Assembly (NCBI GenBank): GCA_964478715.1 | Contig: CAYZIY010000004.1 | Span: 43,351-107,350 of the forward strand | DNA: 64,000 nt | Source: an uncultured Planctomycetales bacterium | GTDB lineage: Bacteria > Omnitrophota > Gorgyraeia > Zapsychrales > JBDRMG01 | Direction of reading: 5' to 3' | Shown here: in pieces, positions 50,445-63,578 of the stretch | Position numbering within the stretch: the first letter of the stretch is position 1 | Layout: every line of letters starts with the position of its first letter | Notes under the pieces: model-generated | What the model saw: only the letters and a program-made list of their open reading frames with translations | Databases searched by the model: none | What the model was told of the DNA's origin: nothing | Made by a program: the position numbers and the translations under genes

Positions 50445-51122
50445 CTATTTAACTGGAACGCATTGATTATCCCGGCATTCACAATTATTGCAAACATAGG
50501 CTCCACCTGGTGACACGTAAGGTCCATGTATAGCGTTAGCGCATCCTATAAAAGGCAGGCCGCTTCTAAAAGGCAGGCCGCTTCCTCTTAAACACACGCA
50601 GCCTGTCTTCTCTGAACAATACCGAGGAAATTTTATTGCTGAAATTTCAGCAGTGTGCTCTAAAACAACACCCTTATCGACATCAACAGCGACAGCAAAC
50701 CCGGGAGACAATTTAAACCGTAAAGAATAATCAGCCGCTGCTGGATATTTAAAACCGCATGCTGGACTAACAAAATAACGAATCACAACAGGATTTATAA
50801 ATTTGCGAGTAAATACATAGGCTTGTGGGTCTATAAATCTATATTCCACACAACCTATAAGATTGTCTTTTCCTTCAGAATATTCAGTATTGCAATTTAT
50901 GCATTCTCCATAATGCTTCAAAAATGCTTGAACTGCATCAGATTCATTAGCAATCAAAAGGCCCTTCTGGCTGCGCTTGTCATTGCGAGATTGAACTTGC
51001 AGGGCGGATGATTTCGTTTTACTAACAAAATATCCAAATAATATCTGTGGTAAATTGCTAAAATAGATGCAAGCACAAATTACAATTGTAGAAAGTATCC
51101 AAATTATCTGATTTTTCTTCAT
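50445..51122 (-). CDS. Hypothetical secreted or anchored protein with a Cys-rich C-terminus.
   Basis: N-terminal signal/anchor MKKNQIIWILSTIVICACIYF. C-terminus …CVCLRGSGLPF…CANAIHGPYVSPGGAYVCNNCECRDNQCVPVK. Confidence 0.45.
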   Translation of the reverse strand: MKKNQIIWILSTIVICACIYFSNLPQILFGYFVSKTKSSALQVQSRNDKRSQKGLLIANESDAVQAFLKHYGECINCNTEYSEGKDNLIGCVEYRFIDPQAYVFTRKFINPVVIRYFVSPACGFKYPAAADYSLRFKLSPGFAVAVDVDKGVVLEHTAEISAIKFPRYCSEKTGCVCLRGSGLPFRSGLPFIGCANAIHGPYVSPGGAYVCNNCECRDNQCVPVK

Positions 51123-51220
51123 AGTATTTATATTTCGGTCTTCTCTTGCTTGATTATACCATTATTCTAGTAGAAAATAAAACCCCCCATAACTTTTTTA
51201 GTCACAGGAGGTTGTGGAAT

Positions 51221-51297
51221 TGGCGACCCCAGCGGGATTTGAACCCGCGCCGCAAGCTTGAAAAGCTTGTGTCCTGACCAGGCTAGACGATGGGGTC
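51221..51297 (-). tRNA. tRNA-Glu (anticodon UUC).
   Basis: The reverse complement GACCCCATCGTCTAGCCTGGTCAGGACACAAGCTTTTCAAGCTTGCGGCGCGGGTTCAAATCCCGCTGGGGTCGCCA folds as a cloverleaf: 7-bp acceptor stem, D-arm GTCT/AGGAC, anticodon stem CAAGC/GCTTG with loop TTTTCAA, T-arm GCGGG-TTCAAAT-CCCGC, and encoded CCA. Confidence 0.8.
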
Positions 51298-51442
51298 GAA
51301 ATTTACGTTGTAAATTTTGACCCTAAATCCCGCCTATAGCGGGATGAAGGATCTTGACATAAGAATGTTTTATTATATTAAAAAATACTTTTTCGTAAAG
51401 AACTTTTTAACCGAACCGAACAATGAGAACCGAACAATGGAA

Positions 51443-53893
51443 CTAGTCGTCCTTCGATGCAATATACGCCGCCGAGCTAACCTCATCTCCTTTTTTTAGA
51501 GACAGCAAACGAACGCCGATAGTATTGCGCCCGGACTGACGGATATCCTTCACCCGGCAGCGGACAATCATGCCCTGGCGGGTAATCGCCATGATTTCAT
51601 CATCAACAGTGGCAGCTACCGCCCCAACCACATGACCGGCCTTGGACGAAACTTTGACATTAATAATCCCCTTCCCGCCGCGCGATTGAGTGCGATATTC
51701 ATCAAAGCTGGTCCGCTTGGCAAAGGCCAGTGAAGTCACCGTCAAAAGTCCGCATCCGGTTTTGCTGATATCCGTAGGAAAAACCTGCATGCTGACCACG
51801 TGATCATTTTTGGCCAGATTGATGCCCCGCACACCTTTGGCCGAGCGTCCCATGTCGCGAAGATTGTTTTCCGGAAATCTTAATGCCTTGCCTTCTTTAG
51901 TAGCCAAGAGAACGTCATATTTCCCATCGCTAATCGCTGTGCCGATCAACTGATCATCTTTTTCCAGCGTGATGCCAACAATCCCCGCTTTTCGCGGATT
52001 GCTAAATGCGGAAAGCTTTGTCTTTTTAATGACACCCTTACTCGTTCCCATCACCAGATAGGAATTCTCTGAAAATTCTTTGACAGCCACAATGGAAGCG
52101 ATATGCTCTTCTCTCGTGATCGAAAGGAGATTGACGATCGCTTTTCCCTTGGCTACACGCGAAGCGATGGGAATTTCATAAACTTTCAGCCACCGCACAA
52201 CGCCTTTGTTGGAAAAAACCAAAAGGTAATCTTTAGACGAGGCTATAAATAGATGACTGACAAAATCTTCTTCTTTAGTGCCCATGCCCGAAACACCCCT
52301 GCCCCCCCTTTTTTGTCGTCTATAAGAATCGACCGGCATTCTCTTGATGTAACCGGTGCTGGAGATCATGATTGCCATGTCTTCTTCGGCAATCAGGTCT
52401 TCGATTTCAATTTCTTCGGCCTTGGCCGCAATTTCCGTTCGACGAGCATCTGCAAATTTTTTCCTAATTGCCTGAAGATCCTCTTTAATAAGATCATCGA
52501 TTTTTTTCTCTGACGCCAAAATTGTTCTCAGTTCATCGATCGTCTTTAAAAGAGTCTCGTATTCGGCATCGATTTTACTTTGCTCGAGAGCGGTCAATCG
52601 CTGCAACTGCATTTCCAAAATAGCCTGAGCCTGAATTTCGCTTAAATTGAATCTTTTCATCAGGTTCTTTTTAGCCTCGTGTGTCGACTTCGATGATTTT
52701 ATGGTCTTAATGATTTGATTGATTTGCTTGATGGCAATTTTTAAACCTTCCAGAATATGGGCCCGCCGAAGAGCTTTGTCCAAATCAAACTGCGTCCGAC
52801 GGCGGATTACGATCCGTCGATGTCCGATATATTGATTGATCAACTGCTTAACATTCAAAACGCGCGGACTGCCATTCACCAGCGCCAGATTGATAATCCC
52901 AAAAGTCGTTTCCATCTGAGTATGTTTATAAAGATAATTCAATACGATTTGAGGCTCGACATCACGCCTGAGTTCGATCACAATCCGAACTCCCTCTTTG
53001 TCGGTTTCGTCGCGAATATCGGTGATGCCCTCGACCTTTTTGTTTTGGACATGCCCAACGATCGCGGTAATCAAATTGGCCTTATTCACCTGATAAGGCA
53101 GCTCGGAAATAACAATAGTGTCCTTATTGCCCTTTTGACGTTCAATCGATGCCTTAGCCCGCAAAGTCAGCTTACCCCGGCCTGTCTCATAAGCCTGCTT
53201 GATCCCTTCGCGTCCGCAGATAATACCGCCTGTAGGAAAGTCGGGGCCGTGGATAATTCTATTGAGATCCTTAATGGTAGCCTGGGGATTATCCAGAACG
53301 TGAATAATGCCATCCGCCACTTCAGCCAGATTATGCGGCGGCATGTTGGTGGCCATCCCCACGGCAATCCCGCTGGATCCGTTTAAGAGCAAATTCGGAA
53401 GAGTAGCCGGCAGGACTTCTGGCTCTTTAAGAGTGGCGTCAAAATTATCGTTAAAATAAACGGTATCTTTTTCAATATCCGCAAGTATTTGGCCGGTGAT
53501 AGAGGACATCCGAGCTTCCGTATATCGCATAGCCGCGGCCGCATCTCCGTCAATGGACCCGAAGTTCCCCTGTCCGTCAATCAACGGATAGCGCAGAGAA
53601 AATTCCTGAACCATACGCACAATCGCATCATAAACCGCCATATCGCCATGCGGATGATATTTTCCCAAAACCTCTCCGACGATACGGGCGCATTTTTTAT
53701 AGGGCTTACTGTGCTCTAAACCCAGTTCTTTCATCGCATACAAAATACGGCGATGAACAGGCTTAAGCCCGTCACGCACATCCGGCAGCGCCCGGCTGAC
53801 AATAACGCTCATGGAATAGGATAGATAGGAATTTTTCATCTCGGTCTCGATATTAACCGGAATGATTTTTTCTTTTATCGTGATGTCTTTCAT
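51443..53893 (-). CDS. gyrA: DNA gyrase subunit A.
   Basis: N-terminus …[33 protein letters not shown]…, active-site region [12 protein letters not shown], and GyrA-box [10 protein letters not shown] in the C-terminal beta-pinwheel. Adjacent to gyrB. Confidence 0.9.
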   Translation of the reverse strand: MKDITIKEKIIPVNIETEMKNSYLSYSMSVIVSRALPDVRDGLKPVHRRILYAMKELGLEHSKPYKKCARIVGEVLGKYHPHGDMAVYDAIVRMVQEFSLRYPLIDGQGNFGSIDGDAAAAMRYTEARMSSITGQILADIEKDTVYFNDNFDATLKEPEVLPATLPNLLLNGSSGIAVGMATNMPPHNLAEVADGIIHVLDNPQATIKDLNRIIHGPDFPTGGIICGREGIKQAYETGRGKLTLRAKASIERQKGNKDTIVISELPYQVNKANLITAIVGHVQNKKVEGITDIRDETDKEGVRIVIELRRDVEPQIVLNYLYKHTQMETTFGIINLALVNGSPRVLNVKQLINQYIGHRRIVIRRRTQFDLDKALRRAHILEGLKIAIKQINQIIKTIKSSKSTHEAKKNLMKRFNLSEIQAQAILEMQLQRLTALEQSKIDAEYETLLKTIDELRTILASEKKIDDLIKEDLQAIRKKFADARRTEIAAKAEEIEIEDLIAEEDMAIMISSTGYIKRMPVDSYRRQKRGGRGVSGMGTKEEDFVSHLFIASSKDYLLVFSNKGVVRWLKVYEIPIASRVAKGKAIVNLLSITREEHIASIVAVKEFSENSYLVMGTSKGVIKKTKLSAFSNPRKAGIVGITLEKDDQLIGTAISDGKYDVLLATKEGKALRFPENNLRDMGRSAKGVRGINLAKNDHVVSMQVFPTDISKTGCGLLTVTSLAFAKRTSFDEYRTQSRGGKGIINVKVSSKAGHVVGAVAATVDDEIMAITRQGMIVRCRVKDIRQSGRNTIGVRLLSLKKGDEVSSAAYIASKDD

Positions 53894-53955
53894 TTTGGTT
53901 GCTCTCCTCCAATGGTCAGCATTTTATCTCGCTTCATAGCGAAACGGCGATCTCA

Positions 53956-56743
<2,788 letters not shown>

Positions 56744-56744
<1 letters not shown>

Positions 56745-57835
56745 CAGATCCTCATAGGTAAAGCCAGGTATAAATAATTATCCAGTCTTATCACACCAGG
56801 TTTATCGGATCCCATTAGCTCGAGTTCTAATTGAGGAGCGTCAATATTTTTTAAAACATCAATAAAAAATTGCGGATTGAAGCCGACAATTAATTCTCCG
56901 TATCCGTATTGAATCGGAATTTCCTCGCGTGATTCTCCGACATCGGGAGTCGTTTTGGAAATAATTAATTTTTCTTGAAAAACTTCAAACTTAATAGCCT
57001 GAAAATCCGGCGTGGTTAACAAATTTGCCCGGCGGATCGCTGCCAGCAATTCCTTAGTATCCACAACGATCTTCTCCTTCTGCGCAGACGGAATCACTTG
57101 TTGATAGTTGGGAAATTCTCCCTCAATCATTCTTGTGGCGATTAAAATTCCATCGATATCAAATAAAACCTGGTTGTTCCCGATAACAATAGCAACCGCC
57201 GATCCCTCATCTTTGAGATTGCGGTTCACTTCATAAACCGCCTTAATGGGGATGATAGCGGACACGGCCTTTGGGGTCGACCCCATGAGTGGATTTTCCA
57301 TTTTCGCCAAACGCCGTCCATCTGTGGCTACCAGTCGAATGATCTCTCCCGAAATTTCCATTAATACTCCATTTAAAACATAGCGGGACTCTTCATGCGA
57401 AGCGGCAAAAGCCGTCATTCTCAGCATCTCCCTCAGCTTGTCCTGACTTACTTGAATTACATCGGCATTGTCAAACTCCGGAAATTTAGGAAACTCCTCT
57501 TTGGGAAGGCCTATTAATTTAAAACGAATGCGATCTCCTTCGATATCTATCTGATTATTCCTTTTGGCATGAATAACAATATCACCTGCGGGTAATTCTC
57601 TAATAATATCGCTGAATCTTTTTGCTGGTATTGTTATCGCTCCTTTTTCCAAGATATCTACAGGTAATTCACAACAAATGCCGATGTCTAAATCTGTTGC
57701 ATTCAATTTAAGGACATCGTCTTTCGTTTGAAGAAGAATATTTGAAAGTACTGGCAGTGTCGCTTTTGTGGAAACAATATTTTGGACAATTTGAATTCCT
57801 GAAAGCAGATTTTGTTTGGATATCTTTATCTTCAT
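56744..57835 (-). CDS. dnaN: DNA polymerase III beta sliding clamp.
   Basis: MKIKISKQNLLSGIQIVQNIVSTKATLPVLSNILLQT…; 363 aa in three-domain clamp organisation. Downstream of dnaA. Confidence 0.9.
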
Positions 57836-57993
57836 AGAATTAACAACCCCTTCTGTTATTATTATTCTTTAACAATTTAAAACAAGCAGTAATCATAATA
57901 GTGCTTGTGATATATTTGAATAAAATCTCAAAATATTTGATTTCAGATACTTATGTCAAATTGACTTGTAGAATAAAGCTTAATAATATTGCT

Positions 57994-59328
57994 TTAACCT
58001 TCGATTTCCTGAACAAGATGTTGAATAGTGTTTTTTAAGTTTTGATCTTTGGACATTACAGCCTCAATTTTTTTGCAACTATGCAAGACAGTGGTATGGT
58101 CTTTTCCGCCAAAGGCATTGCCTATTTCAGGAAGAGAAAAATTCGTCAATTTTCGGGTTAAATACATAGCCGTTTGGCGTGGAAGAACAATATTTCTGTT
58201 TCTTCTTTTTGTTTTGAGATCTCTTAAAGAGACATCATAATGGTCTGCAACGATTTTTTGAATCATATCAATACTTATGATTTTAGCGGTTTCTAGAACC
58301 ATATCTTTTAGAATGATTTTAGTCATCTCTAAAGTTACTGGTCTTTCTTCCAGTAAAGAATAGGCGATGACTCTGACCAAGGCTCCTTCCAATTCTCGGA
58401 TATTTGTCTTGATTTCCTGAGCTATAAAAAGGATTACATCATCAGGAACCGCAACGGGTTCTTTTTCAGTTTTTTTCTTTAAGATTGCTACGCGGGTTTC
58501 GAAATCAGGAGGTTGGATATCCGTAATCAATCCCCAGGTAAATCGGGATGTAAGCCTCTCTTCAAGATTGGCGATGGCTTTCGGCGGACGATCGGATGCC
58601 ATGATAATTTGCTTCCGGTTATCATGGAGCGCGTTGAAGGTATGAAAGAATTCTTCCTGAGTAGACTCCTTGCCGGCGATAAAATGAATGTCGTCGATTA
58701 AAAGAACATCGATATTACGGTATTTTTCACGGAAACGGGTTGTAGATCTGTGGCGAATGGCGTCGATTAATTCATTGGTAAAACGTTCCGATGTTAAATA
58801 GCAGTGTTTTGCATGGGGATGAGTTTCTTTAATTTTTTGAGTAATGGCCTGCATCAAGTGAGTTTTGCCGAGTCCCACGCCTCCATAAATAAAAAGAGGA
58901 TTATAAGCTTTCGCCGGACTTTCCGCAACTGCCAAGCAGGCAGCATAAGCAAAACGGTTGGAAGATCCGATGACAAAACTATTGAAGGTGAAACGCGGAT
59001 TCAAATTTGATTGTTTAACAGAAGGATTGCTGAAGCCCGTTTCCAATTGAGAAAGACTTTTTTGCTTTGTCTGATTGAGAATTTGGCTATTAACAATAAA
59101 TTCGCAAACAATGGATTTTGGGGTCGACTGATTCAAGGCTTCCTGTATTAATGTGTGGTAATGTTCCACGATCCAATTTTTAAAAAATTCATCAGGCGCT
59201 TCGACAAGAAGGGTATGTGAATCCTTTTCTTTAACATTAAGCGACGCAAACCATGTTTCATAAGTGGTAGGGCCTATTTTTGTTTTGATATAGGGCTGGG
59301 CTTGTTGCCATATAGAAACGAGGTTCAT
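57994..59328 (-). CDS. dnaA: Chromosomal replication initiator DnaA.
   Basis: AAA+ Walker A YNPLFIYGGVGLGKTHLMQAI, Walker B VLLIDDIHFIAGKE, sensor/box VII, and C-terminal DNA-binding domain …VLPRQTAMYLTRKLTNFSLPEIGNAFGGKDHTTVLHSCKKIE. Confidence 0.9.
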   Translation of the reverse strand: MNLVSIWQQAQPYIKTKIGPTTYETWFASLNVKEKDSHTLLVEAPDEFFKNWIVEHYHTLIQEALNQSTPKSIVCEFIVNSQILNQTKQKSLSQLETGFSNPSVKQSNLNPRFTFNSFVIGSSNRFAYAACLAVAESPAKAYNPLFIYGGVGLGKTHLMQAITQKIKETHPHAKHCYLTSERFTNELIDAIRHRSTTRFREKYRNIDVLLIDDIHFIAGKESTQEEFFHTFNALHDNRKQIIMASDRPPKAIANLEERLTSRFTWGLITDIQPPDFETRVAILKKKTEKEPVAVPDDVILFIAQEIKTNIRELEGALVRVIAYSLLEERPVTLEMTKIILKDMVLETAKIISIDMIQKIVADHYDVSLRDLKTKRRNRNIVLPRQTAMYLTRKLTNFSLPEIGNAFGGKDHTTVLHSCKKIEAVMSKDQNLKNTIQHLVQEIEG

Positions 59329-59655
59329 TTGTCGGATGTCCTTATATTATAGTACAAGAGTAATACACAGTTTCCACAAGATTTCCACAGATGCGATGAT
59401 CCCAATTATAGCAAGAACAAAATAAATCACAATGAGAACTTTGACAAAAAATTCGCCATAGACAAAAAGTGTCATCATTATAGCAAAGAAACATTTTTAT
59501 GCAACCCCGCAAATGATTAAAATCTTTTCAGCAATTGAAAAAGATATTTTCAGAGGTCATCTTCCGCGCAACCATTAGGTAAATATTGGGTTTTGACTCT
59601 ATGAAAATCGAAAAAAACTTGACGTGCTTTTCACCTATGTTATAATTGACAAACT
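59329..59655. promoter_or_regulatory. Probable oriC / dnaA-rpmH divergent intergenic region.
   Basis: AT-rich 327-bp spacer at the global strand-switch between dnaA (minus) and rpmH (plus). It contains two degenerate DnaA-box-like 9-mers, GTTTCCACA (59370-59378) and ATTTCCACA (59383-59391), each 2 mismatches from TTATCCACA. Confidence 0.5.
59619..59646 (+). promoter_or_regulatory. Sigma-70-type promoter for rpmH.
   Basis: TTGACG (59619-59624), a 16-nt spacer, then TATAAT (59641-59646), 10 nt upstream of the rpmH ATG. Confidence 0.5.
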
Positions 59656-59796
59656 ATGAAGAAAAATTTGAAGACTCCCACAATATTAAAAGGCAAAAGA
59701 AGGCATGGTTTCCGACGGAAAAAACAAACATCAGGAGGCCAGGCTGTTTTGAATCGAAGACGTAGAAAAGGCCGCAAAAGATTGACAACGGTGTAA
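59656..59796 (+). CDS. rpmH: 50S ribosomal protein L34.
   Basis: Hand-translated 46-aa ORF (under 60 aa, not in track): [46 protein letters not shown]. It matches the L34 consensus (…[23 protein letters not shown]). Confidence 0.8.
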   Translation: MKKNLKTPTILKGKRRHGFRRKKQTSGGQAVLNRRRRKGRKRLTTV

Positions 59797-59811
59797 CCCG
59801 CCGCTTTTTAA

Positions 59812-60021
59812 ATGAAATATTTAATTCTTTTTTTTATACGAATTTACCAAAAGACGGCGATTTTATTTTGCGTTAGCCGTTGCCGCTTTACCCCCTCCTG
59901 TTCTCACTACACCTATGAAGTTATCTCCAGAAAAGGTGTTTGCAAAGGCGTGCCACAATCTTTATGGCGCATCATGCGCTGTTCTCCTCTTTTTAAAGGG
60001 GGGTATGACCCGGTTAAATAA
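59812..60021 (+). CDS. yidD: Membrane protein insertion efficiency factor YidD.
   Basis: …CRFTPSCSHYTYEVISRKGVCKGVPQSLWRIMRCSPLFKGGYDPV, the conserved YidD motif. It begins 16 nt after the rpmH stop. Confidence 0.85.
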   Translation: MKYLILFFIRIYQKTAILFCVSRCRFTPSCSHYTYEVISRKGVCKGVPQSLWRIMRCSPLFKGGYDPVK

Positions 60022-60023
60022 TT

Positions 60024-61634
60024 ATGGATAAAAAAACATTAACAGGTTTTGTGTTAATATTTTTGGTGCTTATTGTTTTTAACATGACAGCTATCAATCC
60101 GGACAAAACGAAGGTCGAAGAGACTCTTCCGGCATCCGGCCCAGAAAGCCATGAACCAGCCGCAGAGGCATATGATGAAGATTTTCAAGATCAAAAATCA
60201 GAGGTACTGGAAGCAAAAATTCAGGAGAAAATTACGCAAACCATTGAAAATAATGTAGTTAAGTTAGAAGTGGTAAATATAGGCGGTGCGATTCAGGGGA
60301 TTACTCTCAAGCAATATCGACATGCCTTCCCCCTCTCTGCTTTCTTTGCTCCCAATGAGTTGAATGCTCAACCGTATTTATTCACTGAGGAATTGAGAGA
60401 ATCAGACAACGGTAAGGAGCTTTTGGCTCAATACAATAATTTATCGGTTCGGAAAATTATCGATTTAGGTGAAAAGAACCAGGCAAAGATCAAAACCTAT
60501 ATTACCAACATTGGCACAAGCCCGGTCAGCCATCGATTCCAAATTGATAACTTTAAAATTCAGATAGAAGACGTTAATGAGATAATAGAAAGTGCGCGCG
60601 ATAAAGGTTTTTTGGAGTACTCTTATTCAATTAATAATGAAATAACTCGAGTAAATAATGCTTTTAAATTTTCTGCTAGAAATGATAAGACCATATCAGG
60701 GAATATAAACTGGCTTGGTTTCAGAGATAGATACTATGCTATTGTGGCAAAGCCAAAATATGATGCTGACACAGTTCGGATAGAATCTTTGGACCGCAAG
60801 ACTTTGAGAATGTCCATTTTGACGGGTATAATTAACCTTGATCCTGGCGAAAGTGTTGATTTTGAAACTTCGCTTTATATCGGCCCGCAGGATATGCAAA
60901 AAATGGCTGATTATGATGAGGGATATGAACAGATCACAGCTTTTATGAGCTTTGCGCCTTTGAATTATATTTCAAAGATGATCATTAGAATTATGGACTT
61001 TTTGCATTCCTTTATACCTAATTGGGGCATATGTATTATTATGATTGGTCTTCTGGTTAATGGATTGATGTATCCAATGACCTTGAAATCGATGTCATCC
61101 ATGAAAAAGATGCAGTCCTTGCAACCGGAATTGAATAAGCTCAAGGAAAGATACAAGAATAATCCGCAAAGATTAAATAAGGAAATGATGGAGCTTTACA
61201 AAGAGCATCAAGTTAATCCGCTGGGAGGATGCTTGCCTATGCTTTTGCAGTTACCCATCTTTTTTGCCATATTCCAGGCTTTATGGAGAACAGTTCACTT
61301 GAAGGGCGCACAATTTTTATGGATTGAAGATCTCTCCATGCCAGACCGATTAGTTCTGCTGCCTTTTAAAATTCCTATAATAAATGTTGAATACATTAAT
61401 ATTCTACCTATAATAATAATTGTGTTAATGTCTATTCAGCAAAAATTGTCCTCGAAAAATATGGTTGCCACCGACCCGAATCAAGCGGCACAACAGAAGA
61501 TGATGACCATTTTTTTACCTGTTTTTATCGGCATACTATTTTATAATTTTGCAAGCGGTATGACACTCTACTTTATGACTTTTTACATTTTCAGTATAAC
61601 GACTCAGCTGAAAATAGCCAAAATGAAGATATAA
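60024..61634 (+). CDS. yidC: Membrane protein insertase YidC.
   Basis: N-terminal TM, large periplasmic domain, then the conserved core …QSLQPELNKLKERYKNNPQRLNKEMMELYKEHQVNPLGGCLPMLLQLPIFFAIFQAL…. Confidence 0.9.
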   Translation: MDKKTLTGFVLIFLVLIVFNMTAINPDKTKVEETLPASGPESHEPAAEAYDEDFQDQKSEVLEAKIQEKITQTIENNVVKLEVVNIGGAIQGITLKQYRHAFPLSAFFAPNELNAQPYLFTEELRESDNGKELLAQYNNLSVRKIIDLGEKNQAKIKTYITNIGTSPVSHRFQIDNFKIQIEDVNEIIESARDKGFLEYSYSINNEITRVNNAFKFSARNDKTISGNINWLGFRDRYYAIVAKPKYDADTVRIESLDRKTLRMSILTGIINLDPGESVDFETSLYIGPQDMQKMADYDEGYEQITAFMSFAPLNYISKMIIRIMDFLHSFIPNWGICIIMIGLLVNGLMYPMTLKSMSSMKKMQSLQPELNKLKERYKNNPQRLNKEMMELYKEHQVNPLGGCLPMLLQLPIFFAIFQALWRTVHLKGAQFLWIEDLSMPDRLVLLPFKIPIINVEYINILPIIIIVLMSIQQKLSSKNMVATDPNQAAQQKMMTIFLPVFIGILFYNFASGMTLYFMTFYIFSITTQLKIAKMKI

Positions 61635-61635
61635 T

Positions 61636-61827
61636 ATGGAAGATAAGCAAATAAAGAAAGTCGAGTCAACAGGGAATACGGTTGAAGAAGCAATTCAAGA
61701 AGGCATTAATGAATTAGGTGTTGCAAGGGATAAGGTCAGTATAAAGATAGTTTGCGAAGAGCAAAAAGGACTTTTTGGGATGGGTGGAGCCAAACCTGCC
61801 AAAGTCATCGTTAGTGTTAAAGAATAA
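61636..61827 (+). CDS. jag: Jag N-terminal-domain protein (short, without KH/R3H domains).
   Basis: 63 aa; …GNTVEEAIQEGINELGVARDKVSIKIVCEEQKGLFGMGGAKPAKVIV matches the Jag_N pattern. Start is 2 nt after the yidC stop. Confidence 0.6.
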   Translation: MEDKQIKKVESTGNTVEEAIQEGINELGVARDKVSIKIVCEEQKGLFGMGGAKPAKVIVSVKE

Positions 61828-61855
61828 ATATGGTAATCTTTTAGATTGGACATAA

Positions 61856-61871
61856 TGTTTCACGTGAAACA
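61856..61871. promoter_or_regulatory. parS centromere site, an exact match to the 16-bp consensus.
   Basis: TGTTTCACGTGAAACA palindrome, 12 nt upstream of the parA start. Confidence 0.85.
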
Positions 61872-61882
61872 TTAAAGAATAT

Positions 61883-62734
61883 ATGAGTAAAATCGTATCA
61901 GTTTGTAATCAGAAGGGCGGGACAGGAAAAACCACAACAGCTGTAAATCTTTCTGCCGCACTAGCTTTAGCTTGTAAAAAAACATTACTGGTGGATATTG
62001 ACCCTCAAGGTAATGCAACAAGCGGAGTTGGAATTAATAAAAACACCATCAATCTTTCTGTTTATGAGATCCTTCTGAATCATTCTAAAATTCAAGAAGT
62101 AATCACAGAAACCAATATTTCTAATTTATTTTGCGTTCCATGCAATATCAACCTAACAGGTGCAGAGATTGAGCTTGTTGGTGCATTGTCCAGAGAGACG
62201 CGGCTAAAGCGCTCTTTGGACATTATTCGCTCTAACTATGACTACGTGATTATAGACTCACCACCATCTCTTGGTTTGCTAACCCTCAATTCTCTTGTTG
62301 CTTGCGATTCCATTATTATTCCTATTCAGTGTGAATTTTATGCCCTTGAGGGAGTTTCGCAACTATTAAATACAATTAATCTGGTTAAGGATGGATTGAA
62401 TTCAAATCTAGAAATTGAAGGTGTTCTGATGACAATGGCTGACTACAGAACAAATTTGACCACCGAAGTCATCGAAGAAATTAAAAAATATTTTAAAGAT
62501 AAAGTATACCAGACAGTTATTCCAAGAAACGTGAAACTTAGTGAAGCACCCAGCTTTGGAAAGCCAATTGCGCTTTACGATAAAAATTCCATTGGCTCAA
62601 AGAAATATGAAGAGTTTGCTATGGAGTTTATGGGTAATGAGACGGATGAGCAGAAAGAAGAAAATTCTGCCAGTCCCAGGGGGAATTATGAAGGCCAGGT
62701 TAATAAAGTGACCATAAGCGAGGCAGGAGGTTAA
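61883..62734 (+). CDS. parA: Chromosome partitioning ATPase ParA/Soj.
   Basis: Deviant Walker A VCNQKGGTGKTTTAVNLSAALA; …DYVIIDSPPSLGLLTLN…. Confidence 0.9.
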   Translation: MSKIVSVCNQKGGTGKTTTAVNLSAALALACKKTLLVDIDPQGNATSGVGINKNTINLSVYEILLNHSKIQEVITETNISNLFCVPCNINLTGAEIELVGALSRETRLKRSLDIIRSNYDYVIIDSPPSLGLLTLNSLVACDSIIIPIQCEFYALEGVSQLLNTINLVKDGLNSNLEIEGVLMTMADYRTNLTTEVIEEIKKYFKDKVYQTVIPRNVKLSEAPSFGKPIALYDKNSIGSKKYEEFAMEFMGNETDEQKEENSASPRGNYEGQVNKVTISEAGG

Positions 62735-62735
62735 A

Positions 62736-63578
62736 ATGGAAGGAAAAGCTCTAGGCAAGGGATTGTCTGCTTTAATTCCGGAAAAAGAAAAGTCCGGTCA
62801 GGCCGAAAATATCGCTTATGTAAAAACACAGCTTGTTCAAGACAGTTCGATTCAGCCGCGTGTTGATTATAATCAAGAGAAATTGGCCGATCTTGTTGCA
62901 TCCATAAAGGAGCGTGGTGTTCTGCAGCCGATTCTAGTGAGAAAAAAAGATGATCGTTTCGAAGTGATTGCGGGAGAGAGAAGATTGAAGGCGGCGCGAA
63001 CGATAGGCCTAGAAGAAATTCCAGTGATAATTAAATCGGTTACGGATCGCGAAGCTCTGGTTATTGCATTGATTGAAAATATTCAGAGAGAAGAATTAAA
63101 CGCGATCGAAGAAGCCCACGCTTATCAAAAGCTCATCAATGATTTCGAATATACACAAGATACTGTGGCGCAATCAGTTGGGAAGAATAGGACAACTATT
63201 ACAAACCTATTGCGATTGCTAAGATTGCCTGCAGAGATACAGCAAAGCCTGATCGAGAATACCATTACAGCAGGGCATGCTCGCACTCTGGTTGGCATAG
63301 AGAATCCGCAGAAACAAAAAAAATTATTTGAACAAACACTGAAGAAAAGTTTATCAGTTAGGGATCTCGAGCGATTATCGAAGGGGGAGTCTGCTGGCGC
63401 TAAAAGGATTCAGCAATCCTCTCAGAAAGATCATTACATTATCGCGGCTGAGGAAGATTTGCAAAGAACATTGGGAACAAAAGTGCGGATTGATTCCAAA
63501 AAAAACAAAGGCAAAATCGTTATCGATTATTATTCAAATTTAGATTTAGAACGCATTATCGAAGTAATTAAGAAATGA
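62736..63578 (+). CDS. parB: Chromosome partitioning protein ParB/Spo0J.
   Basis: ParB box LQPILVRKKDDRFEVIAGERRLKAAR; HTH …QDTVAQSVGKNRTTITNLLRL. Confidence 0.9.
   Translation: MEGKALGKGLSALIPEKEKSGQAENIAYVKTQLVQDSSIQPRVDYNQEKLADLVASIKERGVLQPILVRKKDDRFEVIAGERRLKAARTIGLEEIPVIIKSVTDREALVIALIENIQREELNAIEEAHAYQKLINDFEYTQDTVAQSVGKNRTTITNLLRLLRLPAEIQQSLIENTITAGHARTLVGIENPQKQKKLFEQTLKKSLSVRDLERLSKGESAGAKRIQQSSQKDHYIIAAEEDLQRTLGTKVRIDSKKNKGKIVIDYYSNLDLERIIEVIKK

Noticed and set aside
51335-51360. Small hairpin CCCGC-tata-GCGGG downstream of gyrA, and a direct repeat GAACCGAACAATG x2 at 51409-51445.
   Set aside because: The stem is only 5 bp and lacks a convincing T-tract. The direct repeat is too short to call a functional element.
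57836-57993. Searched the dnaA-dnaN spacer and dnaA upstream region for canonical DnaA boxes (TTATCCACA).
   Set aside because: No exact or 1-mismatch boxes were found by eye, only the 2-mismatch TTTCCACA pair upstream of dnaA. The origin call therefore rests on gene order and strand switch, not on boxes.
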